DNA of 61,182 bases, counting the filler, from Coriobacteriales bacterium (GTDB taxonomy: Bacteria; Actinomycetota; Coriobacteriia; Coriobacteriales; UBA8131), in the NCBI GenBank assembly GCA_031263105.1. It is 7 parts of 7 records of this genome, joined end to end, with 100 filler letters (N's around TTAATTAATTAA, not from the genome) between each part and the next. Parts side by side here need not be neighbours in the genome. Positions count along the whole stretch, not along the records: positions 28,213 to 34,318 come from JAISGJ010000072.1; positions 34,419 to 43,875 come from JAISGJ010000101.1; 5 more parts are not named here. One strand, written 5' to 3'. Below are positions 30,758 through 40,158 of the stretch, piece by piece. The notes beneath the pieces were generated by a model. The model made no database searches. It saw nothing but the letters and a program-made list of their open reading frames with translations, and was not told the DNA's origin. How positions within the stretch are numbered: position 1 is the stretch's first letter; each line of letters begins with the position of its first letter. Both the position numbers and the translations under genes were made by a program.

Positions 30758-31156
30758 ATGAAGGAGCATCCATTGGACAAGAAACTCTCCCCTGCAAACG
30801 AGGACTACCTTGAGGCCATCTTCGAGTTGGGCGGGACAGACGGTGCCGTGCGCTCCGTCGACCTCGCGACGAAGCTCGAGGTGTCGAAGGCGAGCGTCAA
30901 CAACGCGGTAAACAACCTCAAGCAGGCGGGGCTGGTCGAACAGCCTTATTACGGCGACATCACACTGACGAGCAGCGGGGCCGAGTATGCCGCCGGCATC
31001 CTTGAAAGGCATCATGTGCTCTATCATTTCCTGCTCGACGTCCTAGGGGTGGAGCCGACGGTTGCCGTCGAGGAGGCCTGTAAGATGGAGCACGCCATAA
31101 GCGACGACACGCTCAAGCGCCTGACCGCCCACCTCAAGGAGACGGTGCCGCACTAG
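30758..31156 (+). CDS. DtxR/MntR-family metal-dependent regulator
   Basis: EDYLEAI, LEVSKASV, ERHHVL..FL..VLGV, EEACKMEHAIS. Confidence 0.92.
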   Translation: MKEHPLDKKLSPANEDYLEAIFELGGTDGAVRSVDLATKLEVSKASVNNAVNNLKQAGLVEQPYYGDITLTSSGAEYAAGILERHHVLYHFLLDVLGVEPTVAVEEACKMEHAISDDTLKRLTAHLKETVPH

Positions 31157-31489
31157 GTGCCGCACGAGGGCTGCGTCGTCGCACGGGCGGGAAGCGGGCG
31201 GGAACGGCGTCGTATGGAGGATGTCGCAGGGGGATTGTGCGAGGAAAGGCGAGAGGCCCGGTGGAGGGACCGGGCCTCTCTTCAAGGAGGGGATGCGACG
31301 CATATGCATGCGCCGTGCTGTGCAAACCGAGTCTTGAGCACAGACGCGATTCGGAAGGGGAACACCGGAACCGCGCAAGAAGAAGTATGCCACAGACCCG
31401 GGGCGCTGCGGACAATGGATTGACAACGGTCGCCTCCCTGTCAGGCCCTTGAAACATTCGTCAAGGTCCTGTAAGAATCGCAGGAACGG

Positions 31490-32359
31490 ATGGATATGCG
31501 GATGGATGGGAACAGCCAGATGCCTGCAGGAAAGCGGGTCCAAGGGGCGGAAAAAGAGAGGGGGCCGGAGGGTCGCCCCGATGCCGCCTCGGGCGGCGTC
31601 CTTGCCCTGACGGTCGCCTATAACGGCGCGGGCTTCCACGGCTTCGCCCGTCAGCATGGGCTGCCGACCGTGCAAGGCGAGCTGGAGCTCGCCCTGCGCA
31701 CCGTCTTCGGCTGCCCGGTCGAGACCGTCGGTGCCGGACGCACCGATGCGGGCGTCCATGCACTGGGACAGGTGGTCTCCTTCGAGCTGCCGAAGCGGGG
31801 CCCCGCCCGCCGCACGCTCGACCGGCTCCGCAGCTCGCTCAACGCCCTGACCCCCGAGGGAATGGTCATACGCAGCATCGAGGAGAAGCCTGCGGACTTC
31901 TCGGCACGCTTCTCGGCACGGGAGCGCGAGTACCGTTACCGCTACGTGTTCAGCGAGGTTGAGCCGCTGTTCCTCCGTCCTTACACGTGGTGGGTGCCTT
32001 CGTCGCAACCCGTCGACGTGCAGGCGATGAAGCAGGCCGCGCCCCTTCTGCTCGGCACGCATGACTTCGCGTCGTTCTGCGTGTCCGCATCCGCTGTCGA
32101 GCGCAACACCGTTCGCGAGCTGCTCAGCCTCACGTTCTTCGGGACCGACCATCTGGGCGAGGCCTGCCTCGTGCTGCAAGTGCGCGGCACGGCCTTCCTG
32201 CACTCCATGATCCGCGTCATCGCGGGCAGCATGCTCGAGATCGGCCTTGGCAGGCGCGAGCCGCAGTGGCTCTCGGAGGTGCTTGCGGCAAAGGACCGCA
32301 CCGCTGCTGGGCAGACCGCTCCCGCACAGGGGCTGACCTTCTGGCGGGTCAGGTACTGA
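31490..32359 (+). CDS. truA: tRNA pseudouridine(38-40) synthase (start uncertain)
   Basis: AYNG..FHGF..Q, GAGRTDAGVHA.GQV, GTHDF.SF, FLHSMIR, TAPAQGL. Confidence 0.95.
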   Translation: MDMRMDGNSQMPAGKRVQGAEKERGPEGRPDAASGGVLALTVAYNGAGFHGFARQHGLPTVQGELELALRTVFGCPVETVGAGRTDAGVHALGQVVSFELPKRGPARRTLDRLRSSLNALTPEGMVIRSIEEKPADFSARFSAREREYRYRYVFSEVEPLFLRPYTWWVPSSQPVDVQAMKQAAPLLLGTHDFASFCVSASAVERNTVRELLSLTFFGTDHLGEACLVLQVRGTAFLHSMIRVIAGSMLEIGLGRREPQWLSEVLAAKDRTAAGQTAPAQGLTFWRVRY

Positions 32360-33042
32360 TGTCGGTCCCTGCGTCCGCGTCCGGGCAGGGGCGGCAAGGA
32401 CGGCGCGTCCCCTCCCTTGTCCTTCTGGTCGTCCTTGTGGCACTCTGGCTCATCGCCGCATCTTTCAGGCTTCTGCTGCTTCCGTCGGCCACCTCCCTCC
32501 TCGCCGAGCATACCGTCAACGACCGGCTCTCCGCACTTGACCACGCCCAGCTCGTCGAGGTCGCCGAGAGGGGGCGGGCCTTCGTGATGGGGGCTGAGGG
32601 TGTCACGCTTCCAGCAGGCGACGACGGGCGTACCGCCTTCCCTTCGGACGTGGTGGGCCATATGGAGGACGTGCGCGACGTCCTGTGCGCCGTCCGCCTC
32701 GCAGCCGTGGCGATCATGGTCCTGCTGCTGGTCGTGGCGGTGTACGTGTGGCGCAGGGCGGGCCGCAAGGCGCTGGGCCTCGGCCTGCTTGTGGGCGCCG
32801 TCGCGGCGGTCGCGGCCACCTTGCTGTTTGTGGCATTGGGCGCACTCAACTTCAATGCGCTGTTCGCCGCCATGCATCAGCTGTTCTTTGCGGAGGGGAC
32901 CTGGGTCTTCGCCGAGGACTCGCTGCTTATCTGCGCCTACCCCTTGGGCTTCTGGATAGGCATGGGCGCCACCTGGGCCCTCCTGCTGCTGCTCGCAAGC
33001 GCCCTCGTCGCGCTCCTCGGCATCGTGCTCCGCAGGAGGTGA
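32359..33042 (+). CDS. DUF1461/TIGR01906-like integral membrane protein
   Basis: TGATG overlap with truA; HMEDVR, F..LF..MHQLFF..GTW.F..DS.LI..YP..FW. Confidence 0.8.
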   Translation: MSVPASASGQGRQGRRVPSLVLLVVLVALWLIAASFRLLLLPSATSLLAEHTVNDRLSALDHAQLVEVAERGRAFVMGAEGVTLPAGDDGRTAFPSDVVGHMEDVRDVLCAVRLAAVAIMVLLLVVAVYVWRRAGRKALGLGLLVGAVAAVAATLLFVALGALNFNALFAAMHQLFFAEGTWVFAEDSLLICAYPLGFWIGMGATWALLLLLASALVALLGIVLRRR

Positions 33043-33043
33043 G

Positions 33044-33116
33044 GGAGAAAGAGGTTGGGGGAGAAGTTCGGGCGTTGCCTCCCCAGCTTGTCTCCCAACT
33101 CCCCGACTTTCTCTCC
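33044..33116. terminator. Imperfect long hairpin between convergent genes
   Basis: ggagaaag...gttggg ... cccaac...ctttctc complementary arms. Confidence 0.35.
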
Positions 33117-33133
33117 GGTGACGTGCTGTCTCC

Positions 33134-33928
33134 CTAGCCTTCGATCTTCTCCCCGATGAAGCGCTCCGCGTTGTGCCAGCAGATCTGCTCGCGCTCGGCG
33201 TCGCTCAGGTCGTTTCCCATAAAGCGCTCGACCTCCTCGGCGGGGCTCCACATGGGGTAGTCCGAGCCGAAGAGGATGCGGTCCGCCCCGTAGAGGCGGA
33301 TGAGTTCCGTCGTGCGGCGCGGCCCTAGGTAGACCGATGCGCTGGAGAGGTCCATGAAGCAGTTCTCGTCCTCCAGGTACTCGACGGCCAGGTCGTAGAG
33401 GGACCAGCCGCCGAAATGTGCCGCATTGAGCACGAGGCGGGGAAAGCTGTGCAGTATCTCCTTGATGCGGCGCGGGTGCGAGTTGTCCCAGCGGTAGTCC
33501 CCGCAGTGCAGGATGAGGGGCAGGCGGCCTTCGATGATGCCGTACAGGCGCATGAGGCGGGGGTCGTCCGCATCGACGCCCTGTGAGTCGGGGTGAAGCT
33601 TGAAGCCCTTGAGGCCCAGGGCGACGCAGCGCTCCACCTCGGCCTCGACGTCCTCGAAGTCCTGGTGCATCGTCGCAAACCCTATGAGCGAGGGATGCAG
33701 GCGTGCCTGTTCGGCGATAAAGTCGTTGATGCTCTGTACGTTGCCTGCGCGCAACGCGACGGAGTGGACGAGGGAGGCGGTGATGCCCGCCTGCTTCTGA
33801 GAGGCGAGGAGGTTTGTGACCGAGCCCTCCCCCCGCATCTCGAGGCCGTAGAACCTCCCGACGCTCTCGACGGCCTTGGCGGCGATCTTGTCGGGATAGA
33901 TATGGCAGTGTGCGTCGACGATCCTCAC
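33134..33928 (-). CDS. Amidohydrolase family protein
   Basis: AAGGAGG + GTG; DAHCH, KGFKLHP, HCGD, AHFGG, LFGSDYP. Confidence 0.9.
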   Translation of the reverse strand: MRIVDAHCHIYPDKIAAKAVESVGRFYGLEMRGEGSVTNLLASQKQAGITASLVHSVALRAGNVQSINDFIAEQARLHPSLIGFATMHQDFEDVEAEVERCVALGLKGFKLHPDSQGVDADDPRLMRLYGIIEGRLPLILHCGDYRWDNSHPRRIKEILHSFPRLVLNAAHFGGWSLYDLAVEYLEDENCFMDLSSASVYLGPRRTTELIRLYGADRILFGSDYPMWSPAEEVERFMGNDLSDAEREQICWHNAERFIGEKIEG

Positions 33929-34051
33929 AGGGTCCTCCTTAAAGGGTCTTTGCCACAGGGCGCTTGGGGCGTGCGGCGCAGGCACGGGCGCTGCGCCGTG
34001 CGGAACCCTCACGCGGAAACCGTCACGCAGAAACCCTCATGCGCACGAAAA

Positions 34052-34215
34052 GTTACTGTTCACACCCTCACTGTCATTCCGAGCCCCGCCGAGGAATCTT
34101 TGGACACGCAGTGTCCAACGGCAGGCCAGGGGACCCTTCGGCCCGCAGTCGACCGCTTGCGCGGTCGAAGATCCCTCGACAGGCTCGGGATGACAGTGAG
34201 GGTGTGAACAGTAAC
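34052..34215. mobile_element. GTTAC-TIR palindromic element, copy 9 (164 bp)
   Basis: 34-bp TIR, 33/34 match (gttactgttcacaccctcactgtcatyccgagcc); flanks cacgaaaa / cacgaaac. Confidence 0.93.
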
Positions 34216-34298
34216 CACGAAACGCCATGCGGAAAATGTGCGTTGCAAAAGCAGGTGGAAAAAGCAGAGCCAATATGGTACCATACCCCCTTGTGCGT

Positions 34299-34318
34299 GC
34301 GGGTGTGGCGGAACTGGC
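34299..34318 (+). tRNA. 5' fragment of a tRNA, probably tRNA-Leu
   Basis: GCGGGTGTGGCGGAACTGGC at the contig end, after an extended -10 (TGGTACCAT, 34276-34284); anticodon not visible. Confidence 0.7.
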
Positions 34319-34418
34319 NNNNNNNNNNNNNNNNNNNNNNNNNNNNNNNNNNNNNNNNNNNNTTAATTAATTAANNNNNNNNNNNNNNNNNNNNNNNNNN
34401 NNNNNNNNNNNNNNNNNN
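34319..34418. other. Artificial contig linker
   Basis: N-run, TTAATTAATTAA, N-run. Confidence 0.98.
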
Positions 34419-34542
34419 GGACACTGCGTGATCCGTGGGCCTGCCGGCCCGTCCTCGCTGAAAACGCGATGCGTTTTCCGGGCGCTCGGACCCAAAGATT
34501 CCTCGGCGGAGCTCGGAATGACAGTGAGGTGCGAACAGTAAC
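34419..34542. mobile_element. GTTAC-TIR palindromic element, copy 10 (left part cut by contig edge)
   Basis: cgctgaaaacgcgatgcgttttccgggcgctcggaccc ... gctcggaatgacagtgaggtgcgaacagtaac. Confidence 0.88.
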
Positions 34543-34559
34543 CTTCAGTGTAACAGATG

Positions 34560-34612
34560 GTTGATAGTTCAACAAATAATCGTTGACAAATCAACTGTTT
34601 GGGGCGTACACT
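34560..34612 (+). promoter_or_regulatory. Promoter overlapped by two GTTGA-N4-TCAAC palindromes
   Basis: TTGACA 34583-34588, 18 nt, TACACT 34607-34612; palindromes at 34560-34573 and 34582-34595. Confidence 0.7.
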
Positions 34613-34682
34613 GTCTGGTATAAGGTGCGACACTGCGGCGCAGGCCGCAGAGGCATTGCGCGTCGGAAGAAAGGGGTTTGCC

Positions 34683-35402
34683 ATGTCCATGCTCAACCTT
34701 CCCGAACCGTATCTGCTCTTCCTCGTCGGGTCGGGCCTGTTCTGGTCGATCACCTATGTCCTCATCATCCGGCGCGGGCACATGGACAAGGCGCACGGCA
34801 TGCCGCTGTGGGCGCTCGCGCTGAACTTCGCATGGGAGTTCAACTACGCCTTCATCACGCCCTCGCCCGCTCCCCAGCTCTACGTGAACATCGTCTGGTG
34901 CCTGCTCGACGTGGTGATCCTCGTCCACTTCCTGCGCTACTGCCGAGTCGACTACCCCGACCTCGACGTGAGGAAGACCTATGGGCTGGTCGCCTTGGCC
35001 TTCGTCGTCTGCTGGCTCGCCGTGGTCGCCTGCCAGATGGACACCTGGCCGCTTGCAAGCCCCGACTACCCGCTCGGCATGGGACGCGCCTATTCGGCCT
35101 GGGGCATGAACGTGAGCATGTCCATCCTCTTCGTCTACTTCATAATCGGACGAAAGAGCGTGCGCGGCCAATCCATCTACATCGCCATCGCCAAATGGCT
35201 CGGCACGGTCTGTGCGTGGTTCCCCTTCGTGCTGTACTGCGGCCTCATTCCCGGCATGCCCGTGGTGCCGGGCACGCCCGAGCCGACCTCCTGGTTCTTC
35301 CCGCTGACCTATGCGGCGACCTTCGTCTTCGACATCATCTATATCTGTCAGGTGTACTTTCAATGCAAGAAGGAGGGCATCAACCCCTGGAAGAGGGTGT
35401 AG
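34683..35402 (+). CDS. PaxB/Pyr4-like transmembrane terpene-cyclase-family protein
   Basis: W..TY..IIRRG..DK..GMP..AL.LNFAWEF, W.LLDV.I, RGQS..IA..KWLGT, FDIIY; about 7 TM segments. Confidence 0.75.
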   Translation: MSMLNLPEPYLLFLVGSGLFWSITYVLIIRRGHMDKAHGMPLWALALNFAWEFNYAFITPSPAPQLYVNIVWCLLDVVILVHFLRYCRVDYPDLDVRKTYGLVALAFVVCWLAVVACQMDTWPLASPDYPLGMGRAYSAWGMNVSMSILFVYFIIGRKSVRGQSIYIAIAKWLGTVCAWFPFVLYCGLIPGMPVVPGTPEPTSWFFPLTYAATFVFDIIYICQVYFQCKKEGINPWKRV

Positions 35403-35445
35403 CCACCACCACCACCACCACCACCGCCGCCGCCGCCGCCGCCGC
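35403..35445. repeat. (CCA)n-(CCG)n microsatellite
   Basis: Direct reading after the stop codon. Confidence 0.8.
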
Positions 35446-35490
35446 TGAGAAGCGCCGCCGTCCCGGGTGCAGGGAACGATTTGGCGCAAT

Positions 35491-35522
35491 GATACAAAAG
35501 CGATACAACCGAGCGTTACCAT
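35491..35522 (+). promoter_or_regulatory. 11-bp-period direct repeat and -10 box upstream of the response regulator
   Basis: GATACAA at 35491 and 35502; TACCAT 35517-35522. Confidence 0.55.
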
Positions 35523-35597
35523 GGAAGACGAAGGGCCGGCGCACAGCGGGACGCATGTCGGGCAGCGGCCTGTTCGGACGAGTCAAGGTGGTGACGC

Positions 35598-36371
35598 GTG
35601 AGCCATGTCCTGATTGTGGAGGACGAACGACCCATATCCGACCTTATCCGCATGAGCCTGGGCTCCGCAGGCTACCGCTGCGCGTGCGCCTTTGACGGGC
35701 TGGACGCGCTCAGGCAGATAGAGGAGGGGCAGTTCGACCTCGTCCTGCTCGACGTCATGCTGCCTGGCATCGACGGCTTCGGGCTCATGGACTACATCCG
35801 TCCTTTGGGCATACCGGTCATCTTCATCACTGCGAAAGACAGCGTTGCCGACCGCGTGAAGGGGCTGAGGATCGGCGCGGACGACTATCTGGTCAAGCCG
35901 TTCGATGTGCTGGAGCTGCTGGCACGGGTCGAGGCCGTGCTGCGGCGGTACGGCCTCGCCCAGAGCAGGCTTGCCCTGGGCGGCGTCGCCATCGACACCG
36001 ACTCACGCACGGCCTTGCGCGACGGACAGCCTGTCCAGCTCACAAAAAAGGAGTACGACCTGCTGCTGCTGTTCACGCGCAACCGCCATATCGCGCTGTT
36101 CCGCGACCAGATATACGAGAAGGTCTGGGAAAGCGACTACCTGGGCGACAGCCGAACCGTCGATCTCCATGTCCAGCGGCTCCGCAAGAAGCTGGGCTGG
36201 GAGGCCTATATCGTGTCGGTCTACAAGGTGGGCTATCGCCTGGACGCGCCGGACGACCCCGAGCAGGGTGCGACAGTGGGGAGAGGGGCGGGGGCGGGGG
36301 CGGCGGGCGGGGGCGCCCCTGCTGCCCCTGTTGCCCCCACGGCTCCCCGGCGAAGGACAGGCCGTGGATGA
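35598..36371 (+). CDS. OmpR/PhoB-family response regulator
   Basis: LIVEDE, LLDVMLPG.DG, GADDYLVKPF, SRTVDLHVQRLRKKL, GYRL. Confidence 0.95.
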   Translation: MSHVLIVEDERPISDLIRMSLGSAGYRCACAFDGLDALRQIEEGQFDLVLLDVMLPGIDGFGLMDYIRPLGIPVIFITAKDSVADRVKGLRIGADDYLVKPFDVLELLARVEAVLRRYGLAQSRLALGGVAIDTDSRTALRDGQPVQLTKKEYDLLLLFTRNRHIALFRDQIYEKVWESDYLGDSRTVDLHVQRLRKKLGWEAYIVSVYKVGYRLDAPDDPEQGATVGRGAGAGAAGGGAPAAPVAPTAPRRRTGRG

Positions 36372-37849
36372 AGCTGACCTGGAAGCTGTTCTTCTGCACG
36401 CTCCTCATAACCGTCCTCGTCTTTGGCGCAGGCGGCTTCGTCCTCATCACGCTCACCTTCAACACGGCGCTGGAACGTGAGAAGGCAAGCGCCTTGGAGG
36501 AGGCGGGGCTGCTCCGCCACACCTTCCAGGCATCCGTGTCGTCGCTCAGGGAGTGGCGGGTGCTTCCCGTCCAGGCGCTCACGACGTCCATCGTCTCCCG
36601 CTTCTCCAGCGACCGGCTCCGACTGCGAGTGACAGGGGGCGACCTCAAGCCGGTGCTCTCCGGCAGCGGGGCGGGCGCTGGCACGGGCACTGCGGGGGCG
36701 GCGGGGACTGCGGACACAGGCGCCGCCGCCCCTCTCGCCACCACAGGCCCCCAAGGCTTCCCCGGCAACGGGGGCCTCGCGGAGCGGGCTACGTCCGACA
36801 CGATCATCTACATGATCGTCCAGCAGGGCGAAAGCCACTACCTCCAGACCGCCCAGCGCGTAGAGCTGCTGGGCGTCATGGTGTCCCTCGAGACCTCCCG
36901 CGACATCAGCGCGGTGTTCACGGAGCGCACGGAGCTGTTCGGCATCTATCAGTGGCTGATGCTCGGCATGGCCGCCGTCAACGGCATCCTCGTCTTTGCC
37001 CTGGCGCGCTGGACGACCGCCCCGATACGGCGGCTCTCGAAGGCGACGCGGAGCATCGCGGAGGGACGCTATCTGGAGAAGGTGCCGGTTCGCTCGAACG
37101 ACGACCTGGGGGCGCTCACGCAGGACTTCAACCAGATGGCGGAAAGCCTGACGTGCACGGTGCGCGAGCTCGAGCTCTCTGCGGCCCGTGAGCACGATTT
37201 CGTCGCGAACTTCGCGCACGAGCTCAAGACGCCGCTGACCTCCATCATAGGATACGCGGACCTGCTGCGCTCGCAGCGGCTGAGCAAGGGCGACGCCCAG
37301 CTCGCGGTGAGCTACATCTTCGGCGAGGGGCGGCGCCTCGAGTCGCTTTCCATGAAGCTGCTCGACCTTATCGTCATGCAAAGAAGGGACTTCGAGCTGC
37401 AGCACGTGGGCCTGCGCCCGCTTTTGCAGAGCATCAGGACCGCAGTGTTCCCCCTCTTGCGCGAGAAGGGCGTCGAACTGGACATAGAGGCGGCCTCCAC
37501 GACGGTCCTCTGCGAGCCCGACCTCATCAAGACCCTGCTGCTGAACCTCATCGACAACGCCTGCAAGGCGACGGGGCAGGGCGGCCACATCCACATCGAG
37601 GGCAGCCGCCCATCTGAGCAGGACTTTCGCATCGTGGTGAAGGACGACGGCATGGGCATCCCAGAGGAGGACCTGCCGCGCATAACGGAGGCGTTCTATC
37701 GGGCCGACAAGTCCCGCTCGCGCGCAGAGGGCGGCGCGGGACTGGGGCTGGCGCTCTGCAACGAGATATGCGCCCTGCACTCCGGAACGATGGACATCGA
37801 GTCGACCGAGGGCAGCGGCACGCGCGTCAGTGTCACCCTGAAGGGATAG
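36368..37849 (+). CDS. HAMP-containing sensor histidine kinase
   Basis: Two TM segments; FAHELKTPLTSI, NLIDNA.K, DDGMGI, FYRADKSRSR..GGAGLGL. Confidence 0.95.
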   Translation: MKLTWKLFFCTLLITVLVFGAGGFVLITLTFNTALEREKASALEEAGLLRHTFQASVSSLREWRVLPVQALTTSIVSRFSSDRLRLRVTGGDLKPVLSGSGAGAGTGTAGAAGTADTGAAAPLATTGPQGFPGNGGLAERATSDTIIYMIVQQGESHYLQTAQRVELLGVMVSLETSRDISAVFTERTELFGIYQWLMLGMAAVNGILVFALARWTTAPIRRLSKATRSIAEGRYLEKVPVRSNDDLGALTQDFNQMAESLTCTVRELELSAAREHDFVANFAHELKTPLTSIIGYADLLRSQRLSKGDAQLAVSYIFGEGRRLESLSMKLLDLIVMQRRDFELQHVGLRPLLQSIRTAVFPLLREKGVELDIEAASTTVLCEPDLIKTLLLNLIDNACKATGQGGHIHIEGSRPSEQDFRIVVKDDGMGIPEEDLPRITEAFYRADKSRSRAEGGAGLGLALCNEICALHSGTMDIESTEGSGTRVSVTLKG

Positions 37850-37856
37850 GGGGGAG

Positions 37857-38876
37857 ATGACGCGCCGAAAGACGGATCCCGCAAGGATGGCCCACAAGCG
37901 GACGGCTCCCGAGGCACCGGCACGGGCGAGGCTGCAGACGAGGCTGCACATGGCCCTGGCGTTCGTCCTGCTGGGGGTGCTTGTCGCGGCGGGAGCGTTT
38001 CTGCCTGCACGAATAGCGGAGAGGCTCGACGGCCTCCTTCTGGAGAAGGTCGAGGTCCAGGCGCTTGCTCCCGACGAGGTGGCGCCGTCGGTCACCACGT
38101 CCCTCATCGATCGCCTCAAGCTGCTCTCCGCGTCCCCTTTTGAGCTGGCGACCCTGCCGCTCAAGACCGGCGGGCACCTGAACGAGCAGACGGCGCAGGA
38201 TGCCTTTGGGCGCGAGCTGGAGGAGCTGCGCGCCCGTGGGCTTTATCCGCCGCCCAACGCCCCGAGCTCCGTGAAGGCCCAGGCCGGCCTTTACGCGCTG
38301 ACCGGACAGCCCGACGTCAACGGAATCATCTGGACGATCGATTTTGAGGTCCCGTACTGTTCGGGACGTGCCTACTTGGACGACGAGAGCGGGAAGATAC
38401 TCAGTTATACGGTCAAGTACGACACCCCTTCTGTGAATCTGTTCACCGCGCAAAGCGGCGAGCTTTGGATGGACTACCTAGGGCTTGCCACTGACAGGCT
38501 GCGCCTCACGGAGGAGACGGGCGAGCCGTCGGAGAATGACACGGACTACGGCCTCGACGAGCCCGCCTTCTCCTTGGGCGGCTCCCTTGTCTTTGAGAAG
38601 ACCGATGCCCTCGTCGGCATCGTCCTTGAGAAGCGCATCAGGTTCCTGCTCGAGACGGGGGGTTCTCCTCTTGAGATCTCGTGCGAGCAGTTCGGCGACG
38701 GGCGGGCGGCGGTCGCGTCCTTGCGGGTCGCCTCCTCGAAAAAGGATGCCCCCTCGACCGTCATCCAGCAGAAGCCCCCTGAGACCGACCAGCCGCTCGC
38801 CGCGCCCTCCAAGCACGACCCGTCCGTCGTCAAGCCCCTTGAGGCCGACACGGCCGTCACGGGAAGCGTCGAGTAA
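37857..38876 (+). CDS. Hypothetical membrane-anchored protein
   Basis: GGGAG RBS; single N-terminal TM segment; operonic with the kinase. Confidence 0.7.
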   Translation: MTRRKTDPARMAHKRTAPEAPARARLQTRLHMALAFVLLGVLVAAGAFLPARIAERLDGLLLEKVEVQALAPDEVAPSVTTSLIDRLKLLSASPFELATLPLKTGGHLNEQTAQDAFGRELEELRARGLYPPPNAPSSVKAQAGLYALTGQPDVNGIIWTIDFEVPYCSGRAYLDDESGKILSYTVKYDTPSVNLFTAQSGELWMDYLGLATDRLRLTEETGEPSENDTDYGLDEPAFSLGGSLVFEKTDALVGIVLEKRIRFLLETGGSPLEISCEQFGDGRAAVASLRVASSKKDAPSTVIQQKPPETDQPLAAPSKHDPSVVKPLEADTAVTGSVE

Positions 38877-39095
38877 CTGCCAGCGAGTAGCTGCCTGTGT
38901 GCCAGACGACGAGTCGTGTTGCCTCTGATCTGCTTCCTGCCCTGCCCCACCACCTCGACAGAAAATGCAAGGGAGGCAATGATTGCTCATCGTCTCCCGA
39001 AAACTTACAAATCCGATGCATCCCTGATGCAGCGACCATGCATGCCTTGCGTAAGCTCTTCTTCGGAGAATTTCCCTGATGCCAAGGAGCGAGCG

Positions 39096-39899
39096 ATGCG
39101 GGCACGGCTGGAAACGCGGCTGGAAACAAGGTGCCGACAAGATCGAAACAGGCGGAGCGAGACACCCGGAGGCACAGGGCGGGGCGCCCGGCTCGCGCTG
39201 GCGCTCACATGCCTGGTGTGCTTGGCGGCGCTCGTCATCTACCAGTTCCAGACACGACAGGACGCCGATGCTCAGGGACTCGTCCCGGGGAGCGAGCGGA
39301 CGGTTGTGCAGGGAGACGTCTTGACGGGCGCGGCGGCGGGCGGGGAGACGGGCGCGGCAGCGGACGCGGAGGCGGCAGGTGGCCTTTCGGACGACTCGCA
39401 GACGATCCCCGGCACCCTCTCATCCGTGAGGCTCGAGGTGCCGCTCATCATGCAGATGCCCAAGCTCCCCACAGGGTGCGAGGCGACCGCGACGGCGATG
39501 ATGCTCCAGTACGCTGGCTCCTCCCTGACGAAGCTCGACGTCGCAGCCGAGATGCCCTACAGCGACGATCCGTACCAAGGCTTCGTCGGCGACCCCTTCA
39601 CAGAAAGCGGCTACACCATCTACCCGCAGGCCCTGACGAGCCTCGTGCGCGCCCAGCTGGGCAGCGCCGTCGACCTGAGCGGCGCGAGCCTCGCCGACGT
39701 GCGTGCCTTCTTGCAGGACGGCAAACCTGTCTGCTGCTGGATAGCCGACGACCAGGGATACGTGCACTGCGTCGTCGTCACCGGCTACGAGGACGGCGTC
39801 GTCTTCCTCAACGACCCCCTTGAGGGCCACACGACCATGACCGCCTCGGAGTTCGAGCACGTCTGGGACAACAACGCCCGCCGCGCCCTCTCGTACTGA
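39096..39899 (+). CDS. Membrane-anchored C39-like peptidase
   Basis: AAGGAG RBS; VPLIMQMP.LPTGCEATA, P.QGFVGDP, HCVVVTGY, NDP. Confidence 0.88.
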   Translation: MRARLETRLETRCRQDRNRRSETPGGTGRGARLALALTCLVCLAALVIYQFQTRQDADAQGLVPGSERTVVQGDVLTGAAAGGETGAAADAEAAGGLSDDSQTIPGTLSSVRLEVPLIMQMPKLPTGCEATATAMMLQYAGSSLTKLDVAAEMPYSDDPYQGFVGDPFTESGYTIYPQALTSLVRAQLGSAVDLSGASLADVRAFLQDGKPVCCWIADDQGYVHCVVVTGYEDGVVFLNDPLEGHTTMTASEFEHVWDNNARRALSY

Positions 39900-39930
39900 C
39901 GGGAGCCCTGCCCCGCTGCCTTGACGCCCC

Positions 39931-40090
39931 GTTACAGACACCCCCACTGTCATTCCGAGCCCCGCCGAGGAATCTTTGGACACGCAGTGTCCAACGGCAG
40001 GCCAGGGGGCTCTTCGGCCTGCGGTCGACCGCTGGCGCGGCCGAGGATCCCTCGACAGGCTCGTGATGACAGTGGGGTGTGCGCAGTAAC
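39931..40090. mobile_element. GTTAC-TIR palindromic element, copy 11 (160 bp)
   Basis: gttacagacacccccactgtcattccgagc ... gatgacagtggggtgtgcgcagtaac; flanks gacgcccc / aacgcccc. Confidence 0.92.
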
Positions 40091-40158
40091 AACGCCCCTG
40101 CCGGCGCCCCTGCCGACCCGCCTGCGCTCCCCTGCGGCATGGTATACTGACCTGTCCT

